A stretch of DNA of 63,909 nt, filler included, from Octopus bimaculoides (lineage: Eukaryota), in NCBI RefSeq assembly GCF_001194135.2. It is 4 parts of 3 records of this genome, joined end to end, with 100 filler letters (N's around TTAATTAATTAA, not from the genome) between each part and the next. Parts side by side here need not be neighbours in the genome. Positions count along the whole stretch, not along the records: positions 25,628 to 49,031 come from NC_068982.1; positions 49,132 to 63,909 come from NC_068982.1; 2 more parts are not named here. One strand, 5' to 3'. This document shows positions 38,230 to 50,790 of this stretch, piece by piece (the first letter of the stretch is position 1; each line of letters begins with the position of its first letter). The notes under the pieces were generated by a model that was given only the letters and a program-made list of their open reading frames with translations, did no database searches and was not told the origin of the DNA. A program made the translations under genes and the position numbers.

Positions 38230-39270
38230 TGGGCGCAGAACTTCTCCAAACTCTGAGATGTCTGGAGTACGAATAAAGATAATTCAAAAGAGATTTTAAG
38301 GTGACTTCTAAGCATCTACAGCGATTCTTATATCATATGCTCTACATGGTTGAGCAGAAAAAATGTTGGTGTCAGGTAGTCGATGTCTTGAAGGCTGGGA
38401 CATTTTGTTGACGGTGGTTTTCAGGATGTGAGATAACCAATTTTGTAGGAGCATTGCACGAATTGTAAACTGGCTAACAATGGGCTGGCCACAGTCATAA
38501 AACGATGAAAAAGGAATTATACCAAATTGGAACAACATATCTTGCAGTTATGCGTTTATCAGCGAGGGTTAGTTTGATATTTCCGTCTTAACAGACGCCT
38601 ATGGCTTGAAGTTCATTAAAAGGACGTATATTTGGTGACAACAATATGACTGATGTTTTCCCGATGGGGAATATCCAGAATGTAGCAGTATATTCAGCTT
38701 CTTGGAAACAAAGCTGGAAATTTCAAACTCCAGATGTGCAAGAAGGGGTCATGTCACGGATCAAGTGATACTGGAGCAGCCATTTTAGTGATCTGGAGTC
38801 TCCCGTTGAAGCGGCACAGGTTGGGTGGGGTTACCTACCCCTACATCATAAGGAGTACGTATTGCGTAAATATACCCTTAAAATCATAAGCTGTTATAGT
38901 ATCTTGTGTCTAGTGATGCCCTCAGGTGGGGTAAATGTAGTTCAATCGACCACAGCTTCTGAGAAGCACATGTGAATGGTCTCCACCACGCTGTTAAGTA
39001 TTAAACCTTGATCATCGAGCCAAGCACCGCGACCCTTCTTCTATGCTTTACTGAGTTTCTCCTCACATCATTAAACAGCATTTCTCTTTGCTGTCATTTC
39101 TACCAGTAGGGAAAAATGACTTAAATGTGGCAATGGCTACAAGGATGAACTCCAGCAATGCTAACTCGTTAATCGGCCATGTTGAAGCCCCATTCTTAAT
39201 TAAACTTATGGTGGGATACATCGACGACTGAGTTGCTGCCTCTACCCTCAATTTCATCCAACTTACAGCC
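38230..39270 (+). mobile_element. Highly degraded Gypsy-like pol remnant (end of RNase H to integrase)
   Basis: HLQRFL...VVDVLK, IVNWLTMGWPQS, GVMSRIK*YW and LPLHH appear in the order expected for LQRW..ADxLSR, GWP, GHPG..RMK and PLHPW. Many stops. Confidence 0.4.
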
Positions 39271-40490
39271 TGCCGTGTATGAATACATATATTACAACCT
39301 GCTGTGTATGTATATATGTATACATATGATTGTACGGACAGACAGACAGAAATATATGCACGCAAACGCAAATCTAAAGAAATACGCAAGCTGTTTTCTG
39401 CTGACGAAGTTGTTTTTTATACATTTGTCAACATTCGACCAGCGTATTTGATTTCATACTGCAGCCACAGATAGACTTTATACCATTAATCAATAATATA
39501 GTGAATAGGATGATGTTAACGACGACGGTGACAACGGCAATGATGATGGTATTGATGATGATGATGATGATGATGGGGGGTCATGGTGGTGGTGATGATG
39601 ATGATGATGATGATGATGAGGAGGAGGAGGAGGAGGAGGAGGAGGAGGAAGAGGATCTACGATGTTAATGTGCATCGATGATATTTATTTGTACTATGAA
39701 TAACAGGATCGGTTATATGTTGATATCACAGTGTCTCAGTAAATGTGTCTATATAAATTTAGGAACTGTTCTTGTCTGGCAAATGACTTGCAGTGAGTTG
39801 CTGTGGAACTTTGTCAGTGACCAGGTCGCAGTTGGTGGGACGAAAATTTTGATACCAAAATAATATGTGATTAAGTGGAGCGAACAGTCTTTGTTTATTT
39901 TTGATTCACTACTTGGTGCCTTCTGTGCTGTAATTACTGCTGCGTATATAAAGGTCTGCCTGTATGAATTTATTTATGAATATGTGAGTGTTTTTCAGTT
40001 TGTATATATGTGTCTTTTTGTATGCATACTCCTCCTGTATGTACAATTTGGGTGAGTAATTCATTAAAACTCTGATTCAGAGAAAATAATTGTTTCAGGT
40101 CAAGTTAACTCTGCAAGAAATTTCAGAATGTTTTGAATTTTCGGACTAAATTTCAAACTGTAGTATTTTTGGCGACTTTGAAGGTTTGCTGTCCAAGAAT
40201 AAAGAAGTTTTTATTTGTTTGTTTTTTTTTGCGTTTCACTTGATATAAGTTGTCACGGGACTGTTGAACGATATATGATTGTAGTATCCCCTTTGGAGAA
40301 TATTTTCGAGGTTTCTGCTGTTAGAAGTGGCGAAGATTTGACGCCACCGTGTGTCGCTGTTGCATGTAGATGACGCCTGTTTGCAGAAGGTTAAGAAGTA
40401 CTTGAAATGAAAGCAAGTAATTTGTTAAGGCATTGGAAGAAGAGCACGGAGTTCGTTACTAAAACTTGGGATGCATCAGCGTGACAGAGA

Positions 40491-40544
<54 letters not shown>

Positions 40545-41861
40545 NNNNNNNNNNNNNNNNNNNNNNNNNNNNNNNNNNNNNNNNNNNNNNNNNNNNNNNN
40601 NNNNNNNNNNNNNNNNNNNNNNNNNNNNNNNNNNNNNNNNNNNNNNNNNNNNNNNNNNNNNNNNNNNNNNNNNNNNNNNNNNNNNNNNNNNNNNNNNNNN
40701 NNNNNNNNNNNNNNNNNNNNNNNNNNNNNNNNNNNNNNNNNNNNNNNNNNNNNNNNNNNNNNNNNNNNNNNNNNNNNNNNNNNNNNNNNNNNNNNNNNNN
40801 NNNNNNNNNNNNNNNNNNNNNGTGTGTGTGTGCGTGCGTGTGTGTGTGTGTGTGTGTGGCGTGCACGAACGGGGAATGGAGAGAGTATATGTGTATGTAT
40901 CTTTGGGCGGGACTATGACGGCCGTTTGTTATGTGAGTACAGCAGCAGACATACAAGAAGCCAGACAATATGTGTGTGTGAATGTGTGTGTGTGTGTGTG
41001 ACTGTGTGTGTGTGTGTGTGACTGTGTGTGTGTGTGTGTGACTGTATATGAGTGTGACTGTGTGATGTGTTAAATAAACAATCTTTCTGAATATGCATCA
41101 ATGTGGATATGTTCTGTATATACTATACAGTGCATAGCATACTTCATATATTTCCTATCTCCATCTTTTAAATACACACACATGTGTATATATATATAAA
41201 CGCACATGCACAAACGCATACAGATACACACACGCTGGCATATGTATATATGTGTGTGTAAATACACATATGTGATCACACACTCACACACGCACACGCA
41301 GACACAGAGACAGACACAGACACAAATATACATACATATGTGTGTGTATATTTGTATATAGATATCAATGTGTGTGTGTGTGTATGAGTCTGAGTACATA
41401 TGTGTGCATGAATGTATATACCTAAATATATATATATATATATATATATATANNNNNNNNNNNNNNNNNNNNNNNNNNNNNNNNNNNNNNNNNNNNNNNN
41501 NNNNNNNNNNNNNNNNNNNNNNNNNNNNNNNNNNNNNNNNNNNNNNNNNNNNNNNNNNNNNNNNNNNNNNNNNNNNNNNNNNNNNNNNNNNNNNNNNNNN
41601 NNNNNNNNNNNNNNNNNNNNNNNNNNNNNNNNNNNNNNNNNNNNNNNNNNNNNNNNNNNNNNNNNNNNNNNNNNNNNNNNNNNNNNNNNNNNNNNNNNNN
41701 NNNNNNNNNNNNNNNNNNNNNNNNNNNNNNNNNNNNNNNNNNNNNNNNNNNNNNNNNNNNNNNNNNNNNNNNNNNNNNNNNNNNNNNNNNNNNNNNNNNN
41801 NNNNNNNNNNNNNNNNNNNNNNNNNNNNTATATATATAATTTTTAAAATCAGAGAAAGGAC

Positions 41862-42020
41862 GTAGCACAGTGGTCATACTTAGCGCTTCGGCAAAAGAAG
41901 CCTATAGAATAAATACTAGGCTTGCAAAGAATAAGTTCAGGGGGCGATTTGTTCTACTAAAGGCGATGCCCCAGCATGGCCGCAGTGAAATGACTGAAAC
42001 GAATGAAAGGATAAAAGAAC
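41862..42020 (+). mobile_element. Family A SINE, 3' part
   Basis: ttcggcaaaagaagcctatagaataaatactaggcttg...ccccagcatggccgcagtgaaatgactgaaac. Confidence 0.75.
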
Positions 42021-42472
42021 ACACACACACGCAAAGGTCGATAGATAGATTTAAATATGAGATTATGTGTGAGAGAGAATTAATGTACGAGAACATATAC
42101 AAACGTACACACATGCACACACATACATACATATACATACACACATACATATATACGTACACATAGGCACACTCTCATACACCAATATACATGCACACAC
42201 AGGCACACACAGGCACACACATTTCTATGTACACATACATGCGCATACATACAACTACACATCCATACATACATACATCCACCCATCCAAACATACATAC
42301 ATACATACATACATACATACATACGTACAAATTTATATGCGATCCTACTTCAATACACTTTCCTGCACCATAAGTTTCGACAGAAAAACCTCGTGTTTTC
42401 ATTTTTGTTTGTCAGAAGAACAAAATAAATAAAACAAAAACACATAAACATATTAAATAAATAAAAAACTAA

Positions 42473-42528
<56 letters not shown>

Positions 42529-42626
42529 GTAAATAAATGTTGGCAGCAGCAACAATAACAACAACAACAACAACAATAATGCTTACTGATGTTGACAGAT
42601 TGCCAAATATCGATAGTGAATTAATA

Positions 42627-42677
<51 letters not shown>

Positions 42678-42986
42678 NNNNNNNNNNNNNNNNNNNNNNN
42701 NNNNNNNNNNNNNNNNNNNNNNNNNNNNNNNNNNNNNNNNNNNNNNNNNNNNNNNNNNNNNNNNNNNNNNNNNNNNNNNNNNNNNNNNNNNNNNNNNNNN
42801 NNNNNNNNNNNNNNNNNNNNNNNNNNNNNNNNNNNNNNNNNNNNNNNNNNNNNNNNNNNNNNNNNNNNNNNNNNNNNNNNNNNNNNNNNNNNNNNNNNNN
42901 NNNNNNNNNNNNNNNNNNNNNNNNNNNNNNNNNNNNNNNNNNNNNNNNNNNNNNNNNNNNNNNNNNNNNNNNNNNNNNNNNNNNNN

Positions 42987-43059
<73 letters not shown>

Positions 43060-44074
43060 ATATATATATATGTGTATATATAACAATATAAATAATATAT
43101 ATATATGTATAATTTGCTTTGCGGGAGTAACTGTTTTATCGATTCCGTGTATTGTTGCTAAATGCTTGAAATACGAGAGTAGAAAAGCAGCCAACAACTG
43201 ATGAAGTGTCGTTCTTTATGTTGTTTGTTTTGTTTTCCATTTGTGTCTTTCGTTGTTCGAAAGAATAGTTCATGTTCCATGTACTCCTGCTTCGTATTTC
43301 TTTGTAGTATACGTTTCATGACGTCCTGTGCCCTCGTATGCTTATATATATACGTATAGATGTAGGTATGTACATATACGTATGTATATATGCATATATA
43401 TGTGTTATTTATATTATTATATGATTAAATGCCACGCATCTTCTTCTAAGTATATATATATANNNNNNNNNNNNNNNNNNNNNNNNNNNNNNNNNNNNNA
43501 CAGAAGGCTTGTGTTACATGGTTAAAGTATATATTTAAATTATGTCAGAAAAATGTTATAAAAATGTTATAAAATCTTTTTGGTGTATAAACATTGTATT
43601 TTGAGAAATAACCGGTTTCGTGTTGTCTTTTCAAATTTCTCTACTTCATTGTAACGTGTTCGCTCCAGTCTGAAAAAAAACCCACACACACATATGCATG
43701 TGTGTGTAGGTAATTGCTTCGACATTAATATATGAATCAATCATTGTGTGATATTAAGAAGTAAACTACGTCTCATTAGAAACTAAAACGGGAATAAGGG
43801 GAGGTAATTAATTAAAAGTATTTAGTCCGGTACTGTACCACTCCTGTAATTATATTCGCTTTTGTTAACAACACAAAAGTACACTTTTTATTTGCGGAGG
43901 TGGGTGTTGTTGTTAGTCGGTTGAACCCCCTATTTGTTTGCTGTTTTATTTTTCCGAATCCAGAAAGACAAATGACAATGACGCGAGGGATTTGAACCCT
44001 GGAAGCAAAGAACCGGACTGAAGAAACACAAGACATTTTATCCAGAGCTTTAGTGTTTCTCCTAACCCTAAAAC

Positions 44075-44165
<91 letters not shown>

Positions 44166-44194
44166 GATGATGATGATAATGATAATAATAATAA

Positions 44195-45043
44195 AAATGC
44201 CAGCAATATCGAGGGCGGAAGTTTAAGTTGATTACATCGACCAAAATGCTGAAATGGTACTTATTTTATCGACTCTGAAAGAATAAAAGGTAAAATGGAC
44301 CTCGGTAGAATTTGACCAGTGAACGTAAGGACGGCGTGCTAACGATTGTGCAAGCTCACCGCCTTAATAATAATAATGGTTTCAAATTTTGCCACAAGGG
44401 CAGCAGTTTTGGTAGAAGGGATTACTCAATTACATCGACTCCTGTATTTAACTGGTACTTAATTTATCGATTCCGAAAGGATAAAAGGTAAAATCGACCT
44501 CGGCGGAATTTGAACTCAGAACGTAGCGACGGGCGAAATACCGCTAAGCACTTCGTACAGCGCGCTAACGATTCTGCCAGCTTACCGCCTTAATCATTAT
44601 GATAATCCTTTATACTATAAGCACAAGGCCTGAAATTTGATGGAAGAGGTAGTTGATCACATTGACCCCAGTACTCAACTGGTACTTAATTTTTCGACCT
44701 CGAAAGCATGAAAGGTAAAGTCGATCCCGGTGGAATTTGAATTCAGAACGTACCGACGGCCGAAAGACTGCTAAGCATCTCGCCTGACGTGCTAACAATT
44801 CTACAAGTTCGCCGCCTTCTTAATAATTATAATGATAATATGGCTTCAAATTTTGTCACAAGGGCAGCAATTTGGAGGAGGGGATGAGTCAATTACATCG
44901 ACCCCAGTCTTTAACGGGTACTTATTTTATTAACCCCGAAAGGATAAAAAGCAAAGTCGACCTCGGTGGAATTTGAACGACAGGCGAAATGCCGCCAAGC
45001 ATTTCGTTCAGCGTGCTAACGATTCTGCCAGCTCGTCACCTTA
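44195..45043 (-). mobile_element. Four head-to-tail family B SINEs (about 44195-44366, 44376-44592, 44604-44822, 44840-45043)
   Basis: Four repeats of the family B blocks, separated by short (TAA/ATT)-like spacers. Confidence 0.85.
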
Positions 45044-45059
45044 ATGATTATCATAATAA

Positions 45060-45605
45060 TAACCAGCGAGTCCCGTGAATTTTTCACGGAATTAATGGTA
45101 AATTTATTGGGTTATTTCTGAAAACTTTATCCAAAAAGCCTGAAAGCATAGCCTGTAGTTTCTCTGTATCAAAAGATAGTCGCTCATCTGGTAATCATTA
45201 AAAAGTGAAGGAAATTGGAATACGATGATTAATTAATGTACTTTATATATACACTTTACATACCTTATGCACAATTTTATAAACTTAATACATAGCACTC
45301 TCCCTCTTTCTCTCTCATTCTTCGCCTTACCCTCTTTTTCTCCGCCCTTATTCTTTCACTTTTCGCCTTTCTCTTCAACTAATCACGTGAAAGCGTGATA
45401 GACCAGCTAAGTAACGGAGAAAAAATTTAGTTAAAATTATACGTTCACTCCCCACCACCTCTCCCTTCCCCTCCCCATATCTCCATTCCCTTCCTCCTCC
45501 CACCTCTCCCCACTCGTCTTTCTTCCCCTGCCACCTTCAACTAATCACGATGTAGCGTTACGGACGGGTTAAGTAACGGAGAAACAAGCAGAATTATTAT
45601 AAGAT
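45060..45605 (+). mobile_element. Possible non-autonomous Helitron/Helentron (DINE-1-like) element
   Basis: 5' hairpin ccgtgaa-tttt-tcacgg, an internal direct repeat (ttcaactaatcacg...taagtaacggagaaa, twice), a C-rich tract, and a 3' end attattataagatt. Confidence 0.4.
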
Positions 45606-45609
45606 TATT

Positions 45610-46300
45610 GGTGAGACTGGTTAAAGAAAAGAGAACTTCAAAAAAGGGAACTGAGAACACTACACTTGCTGCACAAGACCAAACTTTGGTTACAAATTCG
45701 AGGGCCAGTCTAAGAAATTAGCAAGTGCCGAATTTGACCATACTGTGACTGAATGTCCTAGGCTTGCCCAAAACTAGTATAAGTTGTAGTTACATGATGA
45801 AGCAGCAAAAGTTCTACACTGGAAACAAGTGGAGCTTAGAGAGAGGCAAGACATAGTAACCTCAAACCACAGGGAGTGAATGAATCGGAGATTTTGAAAG
45901 TCCTGTGCGATTTATTATTCTAAGTAAGCCAGCTTCTTGGGCACAACAAACGGACTTAGTGGTGGTGAGTAAAGTAATCCACATATGCTCTATAATTTAT
46001 GTTGCATACCCATTTGACCTACGAACGGTTAAAAAGGAAGGCGAGAATGTTCGCGTATAGAATCCTCTTAAACACGAGTTCGCCAAATTGTGGAAAATGA
46101 AAGAGATGAAGACTGCTAATTATTGTTGGGACCTTGGGTACAGCATCAAAAGATATTGAGAGGAACATAAAGAAAATAGGAAGAGAGTGTCCAGTAGAGC
46201 TGTTACGAAAAGTTTGCCTCCGCGACATAGGCTGTAGGTAGCATGTCCACTACTCATACAAGATACTAGGATTTCCAACAAAACCCGAGTCAAATGAATA
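45610..46300 (+). mobile_element. Degraded 3' part of an R4/Dong-like LINE
   Basis: LAAQDQ, TVTECPRLAQ, HDEAAKVLHWK, DLVVV and IIVGTLGT-like motifs with frameshifts, followed by (GAT)n. Confidence 0.65.
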
Positions 46301-46543
46301 TGATGAAGATGATGATGATGATGATGATCATGATAAAACGATGTTATTATTACTGTTATTGTTTTTGTTGTTGATGATTTGTATCAGCAAGCAACCCTTT
46401 CATTCATAAAGTTATACTTTTGTTTTCACAGTCAAGCGTAAAAATATAACTTCTGTTTTGTCGCAAAACTAACCAAGATCCTAAGGAACTGGTTAAAACA
46501 ATTTTCTTCACTATGGGAAGTATATTAGAAGTATATATATATA

Positions 46544-46770
46544 TTGGGTTGTCCGGAAAGTCCGTGCCGATTTTTAATAGCTTACCTTTCGACTTATTTG
46601 CCATGAAACCACCTCAATTCTGGGAAGACGGTATTTTCAAGTTAAAGGAAAGATGGAGACGCATTGTGCAACAAAATGGTTCATATTTGGTTGATTAAAA
46701 ATGTAATGGCAAGTATTTATTGACGTTTTCTCTCCTTCAAAAATGGGCGCGAACTTTCCGGATAACCCAA
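46544..46770 (+). mobile_element. 227-bp mariner internal-deletion derivative (MITE)
   Basis: Imperfect TIRs ttgggttgtccggaaagt..gtgccgatttt / aaaaatgggcgcgaactttccggataacccaa with TA on both sides. Retains the transposase C-terminus KPPQFWEDGIFKLKERWRRIVQQNGSYLVD*. Confidence 0.85.
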
Positions 46771-46776
46771 TATAGA

Positions 46777-46903
46777 CAGGGTGTCCACAAAGTCTGGGTA
46801 CATGGGGATTAACACATACTTTAACAAATTATTATTTCTTATATTTAATTGTTTATGTTATGATTTTATTTACTCTATGTACCCAGACTTTGTGGACACC
46901 CTG
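46777..46903. mobile_element. 127-bp Tc1/mariner-type MITE
   Basis: Perfect 27-bp TIRs cagggtgtccacaaagtctgggtacat with an AT-rich core. TA on the right flank, GA on the left. Confidence 0.85.
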
Positions 46904-46914
46904 TATATAAATGT

Positions 46915-47010
46915 TGTGTGGGTGCCTTTGTGTCTGTAATTGTTCTCCACCACCGCTTGACAACAGGTGCTAGTGTGTTTACGTCCCCGTAACTTATCTG
47001 TTCTGTATGT
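46915..47010 (+). mobile_element. Family A SINE internal fragment
   Basis: ccgcttgacaacaggtgctagtgtgtttacgtccccgtaactta. Confidence 0.65.
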
Positions 47011-47049
47011 GTATGTAATACACACACACATACGCACACAGAGATAAAG

Positions 47050-47708
47050 TATACTCTTTTACTTGTTTCAGTCATTTGGCTGTGGCCAGGCTGGAGCACC
47101 ACCTTTAGTCGAGCAAATCGACCCCAGGACTTATTCTTTGGAAGCCTAGTACTTATTCTATCGGTCTCTTTTGCCGAACTGCTAAGTTACGGGGACGTAA
47201 ACACACCAGCATCGGTTGTCAAGCGATGTTGGGGGGACAAACACAGACACAAATACACACACACACACACACACACACANNNNNNNNNNNNNNNNNNNNN
47301 NNNNNNNNNNNNNNNNNNNNNNNNNNNNNNNNNNNNNNNNNNNNNNNNNNNNNNNNNNNNNNNNNNNNNNNNNNNNNNNNNNNNNNNNNNNNNNNNNNNN
47401 NNNNNNNNNNNNNNNNNNNNNNNNNNNNNNNNNNNNNNNNNNNNNNNNNNNNNNNNNNNNNNNNNNNNNNNNNNNNNNNNNNNNNNNNNNNNNNNNNNNN
47501 NNNNNNNNNNNNNNNNNNNNATATATATATATATATATATATATACGACGGACTTCTTTCAGTTTCCGTCTACCAAATCCACTCACATGGCTTTGGTCGG
47601 CCCGAGGCTATAGTAGAAGACACTTGGCCAAGGTGTCATGCAGTGGGACTGAACCTGGAATCATGTGGTTCGTAAGCAAGCTACATACCACACAGCCACT
47701 CCTACGCC
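47050..47708 (-). mobile_element. Family A SINE, full length, with its internal microsatellite spanning an N gap
   Basis: Both halves match 22605-23017 closely. Confidence 0.85.
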
Positions 47709-48317
47709 TATATACACCTATACTAATAAACAACTGTGCTAGTGTTCGTTTTTCAATTTGTCTTCTTTATTTTGCAGTAGGATCTCTTTTATGTAATGGC
47801 AATTTCTAAAGAATAACTTCAGTTAACGTAGATTATCCATGCAATTACCGAAAGAAAACTCCCTCAACTGGTGTATAAAATTCAATAAAGAAAAATCATA
47901 GTAGATCACTCCAGTAAAATCGATCAACTGAAAGTTTGGAAAATGCAGTGTTAGTGGAGGTCTGGTCTTTACAGACAGCTAGTGAGTACAATAAGCTTGT
48001 TTCGGCCCTTTTAGACATCTTCAATGTGGCATTGTCATATGAGAATAATAAGAATAATAAGTTAAATAAACCCAAAACATCTATATTACTTTTCACAGAA
48101 CCACTCTGAAAGACACGTTTTAAATTCTCCAAAATTTCAATCAAATTACTTGATGTTTATAGATTTTCACCCACCACTTGAGGAAAGTTTCGCCCACTAT
48201 TTACATGGGTAATTTCTGTTAATCGAACTTATACTTCTTCCTATATCTAAATGCATGACACCAATATCTCTTAACTTTTTGTGCGTAGTACACTCCCCAG
48301 TGGCATTCGCATTCCCT

Positions 48318-48327
48318 CCGCCATCTT
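48318..48327 (-). promoter_or_regulatory. YY1-type motif AAGATGGCGG, overlapping a possible ATG (MAEGMRMPLG...)
   Basis: Exact match to the CCGCCATNTT consensus on the plus strand, in a locally CpG-containing region. Confidence 0.3.
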
Positions 48328-48547
48328 GTTCATACGATCTTGTAGTCGGTATATTTATAAAATGTTAACGTTGTGTGTTTATGTGTTTATATTATTTACG
48401 TTTATTATGCTTGTGTATGTATGTATTTGTGTGCGTGCTTATATTATGTAGGCGTGTGTGTGTGAGTGTGTGTGTGTGTGTGTGTGTGCTATTTGCGCAT
48501 ATAATATTTATGTACTTCACATGATAGTCACTTTATANNNNNNNNNN

Positions 48548-48590
<43 letters not shown>

Positions 48591-48630
48591 TAGTTAATGC
48601 GTAGATAATTCTTTATACGTCGTTACTCTG

Positions 48631-48642
48631 ATGGCGGAGATT
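48631..48642 (+). CDS. Possible first coding exon (MAEI) of a plus-strand gene
   Basis: ATGGCGGAGATT|gtaagt in a CpG-containing region upstream of a T-rich, CpG-poor block. The donor overlaps the start of a (GTA)n tract and could be chance. Confidence 0.25.
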
Positions 48643-48644
48643 GT

Positions 48645-48758
<114 letters not shown>

Positions 48759-48870
48759 TAGTAGTAGTAGTTGTAGTAGTTGTAGTCGTTGTTGTTAACT
48801 GTGAGCAAGGTCATGCAGACGTTGGTGGTGGGGTGATAGTGATGGCGTGAAGGTGGTGATGATAATGATT

Positions 48871-48918
<48 letters not shown>

Positions 48919-49031
48919 TGATGATGATGATGATGATGATGATAAGTGGTTAAGATTGGGCTTGTGTTACCGTTATTGGAGTTGTTGAATTCGGTCATGT
49001 TGCTGGTGATGGTGGTATCTTCATTGGTTTT

Positions 49032-49131
49032 NNNNNNNNNNNNNNNNNNNNNNNNNNNNNNNNNNNNNNNNNNNNTTAATTAATTAANNNNNNNNNNNNN
49101 NNNNNNNNNNNNNNNNNNNNNNNNNNNNNNN
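49032..49131. other. Artificial scaffold linker
   Basis: 44 N + TTAATTAATTAA + 44 N. Confidence 0.9.
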
Positions 49132-50681
49132 TTTTAAGGGTTTTGCTGCAGGTTCTGGCTAATAGAATATTTCTAGGAAAAGAAGTATTTTACTGAAAAG
49201 GCAGATTTAAAATTGATATTAAACTTCATAATTGAATTTGTTGCTCCATTACAAACATTCTTAATTATAGACATCAATAGTGAGGTTGTATTGCTTGTTT
49301 CAAGTCTTAAAAAAGTGCACTCAAATGCAAATCCAGTATAATCTTAAAAGAAATGTGTATTCATTGATGGGCTATGAGTTGAGAATTGTGGATGAGATGT
49401 GAAAAGAATTAAAAAGCATTGATAAATTGTGTGATGTATTTTCTGTTTGAAAATTTTCAGGTTTGTATGGTTTGGTTCTGTGAGCATCTTTTCCCTTTAA
49501 GAAGGGTTATAGGAAACTTATGGACTTTAATCTGATTTGATATAGTTGTGGATTTGAATGTATTCCAATAGGATCTTGCAACTGGATTGATTGTTATTCA
49601 TTTGAAAGGAAACTGAATTTTATCTAAAGAGGATAGTATAAAAGACATTGTTTTTAATCTCAGAAAGCTGACTAAATTCTTGTTGATGTAATTTATGTAA
49701 CCTTGAGCACATTTAAAGTTTCATCAAAGTAACAAGATAATGAAGCACTTGTGTGCCAATATATAATTAATGAAAAAAAAACTTATGAATATGATGGCTT
49801 TGTTTAAAGAATACTTGACTTATTTCTCCAAATATATTGTATCATCAAATGTTTACATTTTTTCAAATTCGTGTCAGACACCCTCCAGAATTTTGCCATA
49901 GAAATTTGATTTTGCTATAATCATTTTTGGATTGGCTTCATGTATTTAATGTCTTGGAGATGAATGTGATGTGGAAAAAAAAAAGGTTTAAATTAGACTT
50001 ATACAGATTATGTATAAGTTTGTAGATCTTGTGGGTTTTTATTAAACTTCCTTCATTTCTCAAAGAAATATATCAAGTGGTACTCTTGTTAGTTACCTGG
50101 TCGATGTTACTTGATAGATTTTGGGTTTTCTTCTATGTCTATCATTTGAGATTGTATAGATTTTTTATGTAGAGTCTTCATCAGTCATACAAACTGGAAC
50201 CAGATTGAATTTATGACTATTCAATAATTTAATTCTCTGACTTCTCAGTTATTGTGGCTCTTAGTGTTTCAGTTTCCTATTTAAGTCATTTCTACTTCAT
50301 CTTTCTTAAGAATTTGTCAACTTCAATCACTCCTTTGCTTTTTACCACCATTTGACTAATTCTCATGACACTACAGGCTTACATTTGCCATTTATTTTAA
50401 CAAGCCAGTTGCCTGCCTATGTTTTACTCTGGTTACCGTGTATCACTTTTTGATTTCTTTAATACTGTTCCCTAAGCTTTAATTTGCTTCATTGCTAACA
50501 GGATTAATCTGGAAAGATTTGAGATTGGTATAGGATATATATGGATTGAAGCTGGAAAATAGAAATGGTAGTTGTTTTCCTGTAGATGCACTGTTAAATG
50601 TTTGATGCTATACTTATATATTGATTTTGTGTCTTCACTTAGAGGGAAGAATCAAAATATAACCATTTTGTTTACATGGGT

Positions 50682-50790
50682 TCAGGTATGGCTGTTTAGT
50701 TATTGGGTTTGCTTCACAGCCATGGGGTTTCAACATTTGATCCTGCTATGTAGTATGTTGGGCAAGTGTCTTATATAGTTTCACTTCAAG
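50682..50790 (+). mobile_element. Degraded family A SINE head
   Basis: ggtatggctgtttagtt...atgttgggcaagtgtcttatatag. Confidence 0.45.

Noticed and set aside
39999-40051. Signal-peptide-like plus-strand exon FVYMCLFVCILLLYVQFG|gtgagt
   Set aside because: The hydrophobicity comes from TG/TA-rich low-complexity sequence, and the next acceptor is only about 47 nt away and hits a stop in phase.
43190-43230. CTGATGA within caaca...tgttg, a hammerhead-like start
   Set aside because: No stem II, GAAA or NUH follows.
50643-50685. 43-nt plus-strand exon candidate with strong splice sites
   Set aside because: The donor coincides with the head of a decayed family A SINE and two frames are open. I could not build a unique chain with the other candidates (50503, 51323, 51689, 53889), so none is listed as CDS.
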